In this document: piece after piece, positions 1 through 9,620 of the stretch
Numbering within the stretch: position 1 is the stretch's first letter
Layout of the letters: each line of letters begins with the position of its first letter
NCBI GenBank assembly: GCA_028534125.1
Contig: CM052832.1
Coordinates: 15,130,001 to 15,194,000 of the forward strand
Direction of reading: 5' to 3'
DNA from: Lama glama
Lineage: Eukaryota
DNA: 64,000 nucleotides
Position numbers and translations under genes: made by a program
Notes under the pieces: generated by a model
What the model saw: the letters and a program-made list of their open reading frames with translations, nothing else
Databases searched by the model: none
Told to the model about the DNA's origin: nothing

Positions 1-78
1 CCGGGCTCCTGGTCCTCCCTGCCTCTGTGCGAAGGCTCAACAAAGAAACTGAGTGTGTGACCCCCCCTGGCCCCACAG

Positions 79-215
79 GCATCGCGGGGAACCCAGTGAC
101 CTTCAATGAGAATGGAGATGCACCAGGGCGCTATGACATCTACCAGTACCAGTTGCGCAACGGCTCTGCCGAGTACAAGGTCATTGGCTCCTGGACTGAC
201 CACCTGCACCTCAGA
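79..215 (+). CDS. GRM4: GRM4 internal coding exon (137 bp), end of the Venus-flytrap domain; gene begins upstream of the window
   Basis: Acceptor ccccacAG|GC (AG 77-78) and donor AGA|GTAAGC (GT 216-217). Encodes [46 protein letters not shown], recognisable mGluR4 sequence. Joins in phase 0 to the next exon. Confidence 0.97.
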
Positions 216-2674
216 GTAAGCGCCTGGCAGCAGGGCAGGGAGGGGCCCTGGGGGGATGGGGGTGGAGAGAGGCCCTCCCCTTCCTTCCATACCCTACCCC
301 AGACCTCAGAGGGCCCTCAAGCCCCCCAACCCTAAAATGGAGGAACAGGGCAGCTGGGTTTCTGCTGCCCTTTCTGCCCCTGCCCTTACCCTTGGCCTGT
401 GGCCTCCCTGCCTGCTGCCCTTTTGTGGGGCAAGAACTGTGGACAGATGAGTTCACACCAAAATGTAGGGGCTCGAGGTCTTGGAGGGTGTAGGGAAGAA
501 AAGTGAGGAGCCGCAGGGGTGCGTCTGGACAAAGAAGGATGATCTCTTAAGGCAAAGAGCACAGTCAAATCGTGAGATTTCTGGTGGTAGGTAGGGAGCT
601 GTTTGAGAGTTACATTCCCAGTGCCATCAAACCACACTGGAAGGCCATCATTTTTTGGGTGTCATGAGGGGACTTCTCCTGGGTCCTCCTGGCCACACTT
701 TCCCAGCTCACGGCTGTCTCAGGGACTTGGTGGCTCCCCCCACTCCAGGTCCTCATTGCCCCTAGCTGTGAATAAAGCCATGTTTTTGGAGAGAAAGGAC
801 CTGTATTTCATCCCCTGAGGAGGGGCCTGTGGACTGGTCTCTACCTCACCAGGAGAAGGGTGAGCCATGCTTGGTGTGGGCACAGTGTGATCTAGGTGGA
901 CCAAACAGGCTCAGGAGGCCCAGATTCTGGGGGAGTTGTGTCATGTCCCAGCTGTCCCCTCTTGTAATGATCTCGTCCAGCAGCAAGCCCCTGGAGCTCT
1001 TCAAAGCACTTTCTGCCTATGATCTCATTTATCCCCGACAATATTCTAAGTCAGAGGAAATATCTCAGAAAACCCAGCCCGAGGGACGTTCCAAAGGCCA
1101 CACAACACGGCAGGGACAGAGCCCGTTCCCATAGTGATGCTCCTCAGGTTGCTGAGCGGAGGCAGACAGACAGAACAGGGCAGGCGGGAGCTGTGTGGGA
1201 CAGAACCCAAAAGGAGGCACATCTTATTCTGGTGCAGCGGGTGGAAGGTGGGACAGGGCGGGCAGTGACTCGATTTACCAGCAGCAGCAGCTAATCCTTA
1301 CTGAGCACCTGCTGTGGAGAGCTACTGTTCTAAGCGTGTGACCTTACTGTGAGGATGACAGCCCTCTGGGGCAGACACTGTTATTAACCCATTCTAAAGG
1401 TGTGGTAAGTGAAGGCAAGACTGGGGGGGTGAGGGGTGGCAGTAGTCCCCTCCCCAGTAATACAAGATCCCTCCCCTAGCATGGAGCCGAGGGGCAGGAG
1501 GAGGTGAGGTGGGGCTGGTCCTGGACCACCACACCTTACCCACTCTATCCTGAGCTCTCAGTTTAGGCTGTGCTGGGGGTCCTCCCCTGCCTGCACTGTC
1601 TTCCTCCAGGGTGTGAAACTGAGGCGGCCTCATGCTGGTGCCTGGACCTCATAGCTTCTTACTACATTCTACAGAGATTCACCAGCCCCACTGTGGGCCA
1701 GCCCTGAGCTGGAGGCTGAAGATGCAGCAGGGAAGTGATTCAAAGACCCTGCCCTCCTGGGGCTGTTTCAGTGAAATATACAGGGCTTCCAAGTGGAAGC
1801 CACAATAAGTCACAGAGGGCACAGTGGCCTCTTATCTGCTGTCTTTGGATCAGGTGGGAAAACAAAGGCCCAGAGAGTTTGTGGTGTCTGCTCAAGGGCA
1901 CACAGCCAGCTAGCCACAGAGCTGTGATCCCAGGATTGGACTTCATTTACTGCTTTTTCTACTGGAGCTACAGATTTTTCCAGAACACCGACTGTCACCC
2001 TCTGTCTCCCTTTCTCCTCTTGCAGTGTCACAGCTCTGGTGCCAGGGATTGTCCCGCCCTATTGTTCCTGCAGGACGGTGGGTGGCCCTGGTCACTGCAG
2101 TGCTCCTTGGCCTCTAGGGGACCACACAACCCTGACATGCCCAGAGCCACAGGACACACCTGCTCCTTAAGGTTTTCTCTCCATCTACTGTGAGGCCGTC
2201 TTTGGGTTCCCCACCCTGTCCACCTCATCCCACCTCACTCAGCCTTTTCCTCAGCTCCAAAACCCTCCCCTCGGCCCCGAACCAACTGGTTATTCCTTCT
2301 CCAGGAGTGAGCTCCTGGCACAAAGGGCGCATCAGTCTAAGCATAATCTCTTATTACAAGAGCCACTTTATTTAGAACAGCGCGGCTCTAGAGTGTAGTC
2401 AGATTCCCTTTGCCCAATGCCTGGAACTCTTTGGAGCTCTCACTCACTTTCCAGAACTTTGTGACCCATGTTCAGTAGGGTATGCCAGCTTCTGGGGCTC
2501 CTTTGCTCGCAGTGATTGTGTCTTCAGAGACATACAGCAGTGACTAGCACTCATTTAGAGCGATATGTAAAAAAACGCTAACCCCTGGGCACATGTTAAG
2601 TGTCCTCTAAACCATTGTTCATTGTTCCCTGCTGAATCCAACTCCCTGTGCCACCCAGAGGAGGCCCGGTGGGT

Positions 2675-2836
2675 GGCACGTCTCCCACTCGAGTACGCAC
2701 GTGAATCACCCACAGGGTCTTGTGCAAACCCAGATTCTGAGTCAGTGGGTCTGGGGTGGGCCAAAAATGTACATTTCCAAGAAACTCCTGTGTGATGCTG
2801 ATGCTGCTGGTCTGGGGACCACTGTGAGTAGCAAGG
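2675..2836. mobile_element. MER5A-like hAT-Charlie DNA transposon relic
   Basis: gaatcacc...cagattctgagtcagtgggtctggggtggg...gtgatgctgatgctgctggtc...gaccactgtgagtagca matches the recalled MER5A consensus. Confidence 0.7.
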
Positions 2837-3161
2837 CCTTACGGGCTGGGAGTCAGGACTCCCAGGTTCTCCCTGCCCTGCCATGTGACTCTAGGTTGTC
2901 ACTGCTGGTCTCTGGGCTCGGTTTCTCCATCTGACCCTTGAGCAGGATTCCCCATTGGTCAGCTGGGTCTGAATCATGCCAGGGAGCTTTATTGAAATAC
3001 AGCTGTTGGATTCAGCTGATCCAGGTGGGGCCCAGGGAACTGGGTCTTAGCCGTCTCACTGGGTGATCCAGGTGTGAGTCTCCAGGGTGCCAGCCAGTAG
3101 GGCGGTCCAGGGCACTAAGCGGCCTGACCTGAGGCCTGCTCCTCTGCGCTGTCGTTGCCAG

Positions 3162-4097
3162 ATAGAGCGGATGCACTGGCCGGGGAGTGGGCAGCAGCTG
3201 CCCCGCTCCATCTGCAGCCTGCCCTGCCAGCCAGGCGAGCGGAAGAAGACAGTGAAGGGCATGCCCTGCTGCTGGCACTGCGAGCCCTGCACGGGGTACC
3301 AGTACCAGGTGGACCGCTACACCTGCAAGACGTGTCCCTACGACATGCGGCCCACAGAGAACCGCACAGGCTGCCAGCCCATCCCCATCATCAAGCTTGA
3401 GTGGGACTCGCCTTGGGCCGTGCTGCCCCTCTTCCTGGCCGTGGTGGGCATCGCCGCCACACTCTTCGTGGTGATCACCTTCGTGCGCTACAACGACACG
3501 CCCATTGTCAAGGCCTCGGGCCGCGAGCTGAGCTATGTGCTGCTGGCGGGCATCTTCCTGTGCTACGCCACCACTTTCCTCATGATCGCTGAGCCTGACC
3601 TGGGTACCTGCTCCCTGCGCCGGATCTTCCTGGGGCTTGGCATGAGCATCAGCTATGCAGCCCTGCTCACCAAGACCAACCGCATCTACCGCATCTTCGA
3701 GCAGGGCAAGCGGTCGGTCAGCGCCCCTCGCTTCATCAGCCCCGCCTCGCAGCTAGCCATCACCTTCAGCCTCATCTCCCTGCAGCTGCTGGGCATCTGT
3801 GTGTGGTTTGTGGTGGACCCCTCCCACTCGGTGGTGGACTTCCAGGACCAGCGGACGCTCGACCCCCGCTTCGCCAGGGGCGTGCTCAAGTGCGACATCT
3901 CGGACCTGTCGCTCATCTGCCTGCTGGGCTACAGCATGCTGCTTATGGTCACGTGCACCGTGTATGCCATCAAGACGCGCGGCGTGCCCGAGACCTTCAA
4001 CGAGGCCAAGCCCATCGGCTTCACCATGTACACCACCTGTATTGTCTGGCTCGCTTTCATCCCCATCTTCTTTGGCACCTCGCAGTCAGCTGACAAG
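3162..4097 (+). CDS. GRM4: GRM4 large coding exon (936 bp): cysteine-rich domain plus TM1-TM6 of the class C GPCR 7TM domain
   Basis: Acceptor gttgccAG|ATA (AG 3160-3161) and donor AAG|GTGAGT (GT 4098-4099). Encodes [43 protein letters not shown]...[10 protein letters not shown]...[23 protein letters not shown]...GTSQSADK. Length is divisible by 3. Confidence 0.98.
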
Positions 4098-4199
4098 GTG
4101 AGTGGCCGGGGCCGGGGGCGGGGCAGGGTGGGGTGGAGTGAGGGCAGTGGGCAGGAGACAGCCTCCTGGGGCTGGCTGGCTCTCACGTGGCTCCAGAAA

Positions 4200-4612
4200 T
4201 GCCTTCTTTCATGCCTCATTCTGCCTTCCCTCCCTGTCTCGGTGTTTTTCCAGGTTCTGGGTTTCTCTCCTCTCTCCCTCCCTCCCTCTTCTGCTGCCCT
4301 GTCTCCCTTTTCTCTCTCTGCCCCCGTCTCTCTCCTTTTGGCTCCCTTCCCGCCTCTCTCTCTGTCTCTCTCCCTCTCCCTCTCCTCTCTTTCCTGTCTC
4401 TCATTCCCTGCCTTCCTCACCCCATCTTCTTCTCCTTGCTTTCTCCTTCCCGACTTCCTCGCTCCTCCCTGTCAGCCTGGGGTGCTGCCCCTTCTTTCGT
4501 CCTTCATTCTCTTCTAGACTCTCCCTGACCTCTCTCCCTACTCAGTCCCTCTTCCTTTCTGTCTTCTCCTCTCTTCCTCCTCCTCTGTCTGCCCTCCTCT
4601 CTGCCCTCACAC
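4200..4612 (+). repeat. CT-rich low-complexity polypyrimidine tract (~400 bp) in GRM4 intron
   Basis: Runs such as tctctctgtctctctccctctccctctcctctc; very few A residues. Confidence 0.9.
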
Positions 4613-5129
4613 AGGATCCCCATGGGTCCCTGAGGTGGGTGATATATCGGGTACTCACTTCCTCTCTCCCCAGCCCCAAGCTGCCGTGAAGCCCATGAGC
4701 CAGGGGCCTGGTGATGTCAGCTGAGGGCCCTCCCTCCACTGGCTGGAGCTGCCAAGGGGCCGCCTCCTGCTGGCTCTCTTGGGCCATTCTGTCGGCCTGA
4801 CCTAAGGGTCTAGACTCACCCCAAAGGCCTCTGCCCACATTACAGCCCCAGCACTGCCTGGGTTCTGGGCGGTGGGGCAGAGGTTATCTTGAAGGATTGC
4901 GAGTCACTGAAGTCAGAGGCCAGAGACAGGGAGAATCGGGGCTCCAAGGACCCCACCTCTGTGTCTAACTGTAGGATCCTGGACAGGCTAGCTGGCCTCT
5001 CTGCCTCAGTTTCTTCATCAGTAGTTTGGGGCCATGATCCTTCCCCTACGGTTCTTACACGTGTTGTAACAATCACACAGTGTGAGGGGTGTAAAAGCAG
5101 TTTACCCACTGTAAGGAGGCGGGAGCTGA

Positions 5130-5775
5130 GGAGTCTCAGGGTAAGTGGTGGGGACGAGGCCAGAAGAGACCCAGAGCAGAGCAGATGGCATAGGATCCAG
5201 AGGCTGTGGGAAGGATGTTGGCTTTTACTGCAAGTGAGAAGGGAGCCCTGGTGGGGTTCTGAGCAGTGAGGGATGTGTTGTGATGTGGGTTTAAAGGACC
5301 CCTCTGGCTGCCGAGTAGAGCCCTGAGGAGGGAGAGCCTGGAGTGGGATGGCCAGGGCGGAGGTTACTCTAAGTGATCCTGACAGGAGGTCACCAGCAGC
5401 GGCAGTGGTGAGCAGCAGGGGATTTGGCTGTGTCTGGAGGTGGGGCTGGTTGGATTTCTGATGGAGTGCATGTAGGGTAAGAGGTGCAGAGGAGAGTCAA
5501 GGATGACTCCACGGTTGTTGGTGTGAGTGACGGGAAGGAAGGAGGGTCTGTGCATTCGGCAGGGGAGATGACAGAGGAGCCTATGGGAGGCAGAGATCAG
5601 GAAGTCCTTTGGACGTGCTGGGTTTGGGATGCCTATGAGACGTCCAAGTGCAGCTGTTGAGTCAATGGTTGACTATATGAGTCTGAGGTTCAGGGGTGAG
5701 GTCCGGGCTGTAGATGTAGTTGGGGGAGTCGCCATCCTATGGGCAGCATTTAAAGCCTGAGCCTGGGGGTGAGCT
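5130..5775 (-). mobile_element. L2 LINE fragment
   Basis: ggcttttactgcaagtgagaagggagcc, ggagagtcaaggatgactcc and gagacgtccaagtg...gttggactatatgagtctg-like segments typical of antisense L2. Confidence 0.7.
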
Positions 5776-5859
5776 CCTATGGATGGCTGGCATCAGTGAG
5801 GCTGCGGTCAAAGCTATCCTGGATGGGTGCACTTCGCCTGGTGGTCATCAGGTACCACA

Positions 5860-5995
5860 ACAATGGGCTAGGGTAGATATCACCATTTCGGTTTACAGAT
5901 GGAGACATGGAGGCACAGAGAGGTGAAATGACTTGTCTAAGGTCACACAGCCAGTAGGAGGTGCAGCTGGACTTGACCCTGCTCTTTCTAACTTG
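5860..5995 (-). mobile_element. MIR SINE fragment
   Basis: tttacagatggagacatggaggcacagagaggtgaaatgacttgtctaaggtcacacagc is the antisense MIR core. Confidence 0.8.
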
Positions 5996-7067
5996 AGAGC
6001 CACACCTGAGCCCACCCCATCCCCTACAGCTCTGGGGCATCTCCCCAACTCTGGGGCCTCCTTGGGAGGTGCCCACCTCTTCTCCAAAAGCTCCTCCAGG
6101 ACAGGAGCTGTGCCTTCTGCCCTGAATCCCTCGGGCCTGGCGCACAGAGGCGTGTGGCCTGTCTTCCAATGGTGGCCCTGAAAGCTGGGGGTTTTCTATA
6201 AGCAGACCTTGAGGCTGGCAGTGAGATTCCAGGCCGCCCCGCACACCTGAGCCAAAGCCACCAGCCTGTGCAGCTTGCACTGTGCGCCAGGTGTCCACCC
6301 GCGCAGGCCTGCGGGAGGCCCTCCCTGCTGAGGGCAGGTGCAGGCAGAGGCCCCCATGCCTCGCAGTGCCCTGGGGCCCATGGATCCAGTAGGGGAGGCC
6401 ACCCAACACCCCAGGGAGCTGGCAGCTTGAGAAATTACCCTCAACAATCCCAGGAGTCCCCTTCCCTCGCCGCCTCAGGGAGTAAAGGTACGCAGCGGGG
6501 AGGCCGACAGCGTGGTAGTTCAGCCCCTTGCTCCGCCTCCCCACAATTTCCCCGGCTGCCTGCCAGCACATCGCTCCCCAGCATGGTCCCTGTCATCCTG
6601 GGTGTCAGACCCGCCCACCTCCACGTGCTGGGGGGCCCAGCCCTCCTCAGAGCACCCTTCCCCCATCTCTCCAGGCAACTCTGCCTGCCTCTGATTTCTC
6701 CCCCATTAAGGGCTCCCCTCAGCGCTGATTATGAAAAGGAGCCTCTGAGATGATCTCCTCTGAGGCCCAGAGAGGGGCAGGGAATTGCCCAGAGTTACAC
6801 AGCAGGCTGGCCTACACCAGCGTGTGTTCATGAGACCCAGCTCTGCCCTTGATGGCGTCGACATGGGGTATGCCCCCCTCTTCTCTGAGCTTCTGAATGA
6901 AGCAAGGTTGGAGGAGGTGAGTTCTGAAGTCCCTCTGGTTCAGACCACCAGGCTTCTTAGAAGCTCGGGCAACCCTGGGGTTGTGTCTGTGTTGTGTGAT
7001 CTCAGCTGTAAGTGGCCCCAATGAAAGGCTCCTAGGCTGAAAAACAGAATAGAACAGAATACTGTAC

Positions 7068-7185
7068 TCAGGGCTGGCTTTCAGGGCCGGTGCCAAATGA
7101 AAATGAAGTTCCTTTGTTCAAAAATTATTTAGGATTCAAGATGGCAGTGGCAAAGCATTAAACCCAGCGTGCATGCCCATGGAAG
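7068..7185 (-). mobile_element. MER45A-like hAT-Tip100 DNA transposon relic
   Basis: tgccaaatgaaaatg...tttgttcaaaaattattt...caagatggcagtggcaaagcattaaacc matches the reverse complement of the recalled MER45A consensus. Confidence 0.7.
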
Positions 7186-8934
7186 GAACTCCGTGTTAGT
7201 GGAAGGCGCCCAGCATCCCTCAGTGGGTCGGGGCAGAGTGGGATCTGGAACCCATGCCGCTGGCCCTCACACAGGGTTGTGTCCCCAACAGGGCTCACTC
7301 TGCTCAGAGAGGGGGCCTCTACCCCATCCCACCAACACCGTATTGGCCCAGCCGTACCTACCCCCAGCAACAAGTTGGGGGTAAAGGGCCTAAGATGGAT
7401 ATCTGTCCTGGAAATATACCCTTATACCCAAGAATCCCCAGTGTAAAAGGAGAGACACCCCTGCCCTCAGGGAAACCCCAATCTAATGGAGGAGACACTG
7501 TCCCCAGGGGACTCCCAGTCCAATGGTGAAGACCCAGATAACAAGCCTGTTGCTTAGCCCAGATCTCCCAGATCTCCCTTGTTTTCCCCAAGGGTCTGTG
7601 GTGATACTCTGGAGCTGTCCCCTTCCACCCCTTCTGCCCTGGCCACTGGCGCCATCTCAGAAGGTGGGAGTGGTGGCCAGCACCCTCCCACGGGTTTGTC
7701 ATGACCTTTCCCAGTCCGCACGCTGGGAGGCAGCACTGTGCCCATGGGAGAGAGTGTGGGTTGCGTGTGGGGACTGGGAATGACTGTCTGTGTTTTCAGA
7801 GGGGTGTGTGCTGCTCACTAGGGAAATGGCTCTCATTTTCCCGGGCCTGGGACGTTTTCTGAATGGTGGCAAATGAAGCGGCCTCTGCACGCTCCCAGCC
7901 TCCTTCTCCCCGGTGCTGTGTAAGTTTCACGTGGCTTCGCAGCCTGCGCTTGGGTAGCCTTGTGGTTCGGGTGAGGTAGGTGCTATCATCTTACCACACT
8001 GATGAGAAAACTGAGGGCCAGAGATGGGATGAGACTTTCTCAGGGTCACATACCTCTTTCCCCTCGGACCCTAGGGCTTCTCCAGCCCCTCTCTCAAAGG
8101 TAGGAAAGCCAGGGAAGGGTGGCTGGAATGGAGGCCCTCAGATCCAGGTCGTGAGGTATTTATGGAGAGGAGCAGGGGATGGAGGGGAACATGAGGACGG
8201 GAAGACGTGGCTCCTACCTTCAGAAGGCTACCAGATGAGGCTAGGGCCCCTGTGACCCCCAGAGGCAAGTCCAGACCCAGGTCCCCCACTGCTGGGCTGA
8301 GTGCAAGGAATGAATGGTGTTGTGGGGGACTGGCTAGAACTGGGGGTTAGGGAGAGCTTCCTGGAGGAGGTGGTACATCAGCTAGGCCCTGGGGGAGGCC
8401 GCCCAGGCCTGGAAATGGCAGATTGAGGGAGCAGAGCATTTCCTGTTTTCCCCATGCCCAAACCTGGGGGCCTCCACCCTGGCTGAGGTGGGCAGAGGGG
8501 GCAGCTGAGTCCTGGAGGACCAGGAGCGAGGGAGGAGGCAGGGAGGGGATCCCAGGCTGGGGCAGTGGGAATTGTCGGGCCCTGCCTGGAAGGACCCATG
8601 ATTGAAGAACGGATTACCCGACACCCAGATTAATGGACTTTCATTTTGCTAAACATCTGTCACCGTTAGTGCTGGTGAGTGAGCGTGAAATGAGCTTTGA
8701 CTGCACTGCCATCTCTGGCTCATGACAGGCGCTGTGGCTCCTGTGCCAACTGCCTGCTCTCACAGGGTGGCGTGGAGGGCCTGGGTGAGGGGACGTGCCA
8801 TGGCCAGTGGGAGCTACTACAAGGCACACACAGATATTCCTTTCCCTCCCAGCCCTGGGCAGGGGCTGCTCCCAAGGAGGGTCAGCTGTCCCCTGAGGGT
8901 CCCTCCTCTGGGGGCCTCCACCAAACAGCACATA

Positions 8935-9165
8935 CCAGTGGCAAACACTTCTGTGCACTCACCATGTGCCAGATATTATTTTACAAGCGTTTACCATTTA
9001 TTAAGTCATTTGAAACTCATTACAGCCCTGTGTAGTAAGTATATGCCCATATTGCACCTGAGGAAACTGAGGCACAAGGATGTGACTTGTCCAGGATCAC
9101 ACAGAGTGATGAAGCCAGACTGAATCCAGAGATTCTGGTCCAAAGTCCCAGCTCTATATCACGCA
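8935..9165 (-). mobile_element. MIR SINE
   Basis: catgtgccag...tgaggaaactgaggcac...gtgacttgtccaggatcacacag...caaagtccc, antisense MIR pattern. Confidence 0.75.
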
Positions 9166-9301
9166 CCACTCCCTTCTGCCCAAGCCAGCGGGACACAGGG
9201 CGGGGTCCTCGGCTCTGTCTGTTTCTGGGGTGGGCCTCAGACAGGGCCCCCATGAGGCCAGGGCAGTGCCCGCCCTGACGCCGTCCCCGGCCCGCCCCCA
9301 G

Positions 9302-9548
9302 CTGTACATCCAGACGACGACGCTGACGGTCTCGGTGAGTCTGAGCGCCTCGGTGTCCCTGGGGATGCTCTACATGCCCAAGGTCTACATCATCCTCTTC
9401 CACCCGGAGCAGAACGTGCCCAAGCGCAAGCGCAGCCTCAAAGCTGTCGTCACCGCCGCCACCATGTCCAACAAGTTCACGCAGAAGGGCAGCTTCCGGC
9501 CCAACGGCGAGGCCAAGTCCGAGCTCTGCGAGAACCTGGAAACCCCAG
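9302..9548 (+). CDS. GRM4: GRM4 penultimate coding exon (247 bp): TM7 and proximal C-tail (calmodulin-binding KRKRSLK region, AKSE SUMO-type motif)
   Basis: Acceptor gcccccAG|CTG (AG 9300-9301) and donor CAG|GTGAGC (GT 9549-9550). Encodes [82 protein letters not shown] plus 1 nt. Confidence 0.98.
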
Positions 9549-9564
9549 GTGAGCGCTTGGCCCC

Positions 9565-9620
9565 GCCCCTCTCCCTCCCTGGGTGGGCCCCAGCCCCTCT
9601 CCCTCCCTGGGTGGGCCCCA
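9565..9620 (+). repeat. Perfect 28-bp tandem duplication (gcccctctccctccctgggtgggcccca x2)
   Basis: Copies at 9565-9592 and 9593-9620 are identical. Confidence 0.95.

Noticed and set aside
3087..4517. 476-aa ORF taken as a standalone gene
   Set aside because: Only 3162-4097 is exon. The flanks are intronic, and the Ser/Leu-rich tail comes from a stop-poor CT tract.
3929..4689. Overlapping Glu/Arg-rich and Ser/Leu-rich ORFs
   Set aside because: Translations of low-complexity CT/AG sequence.
5777..6753. Long ORFs of 264 aa (-) and 161 aa (+) in the GRM4 intron
   Set aside because: GC-rich, partly MIR-derived, with no recognisable domain or splice support.
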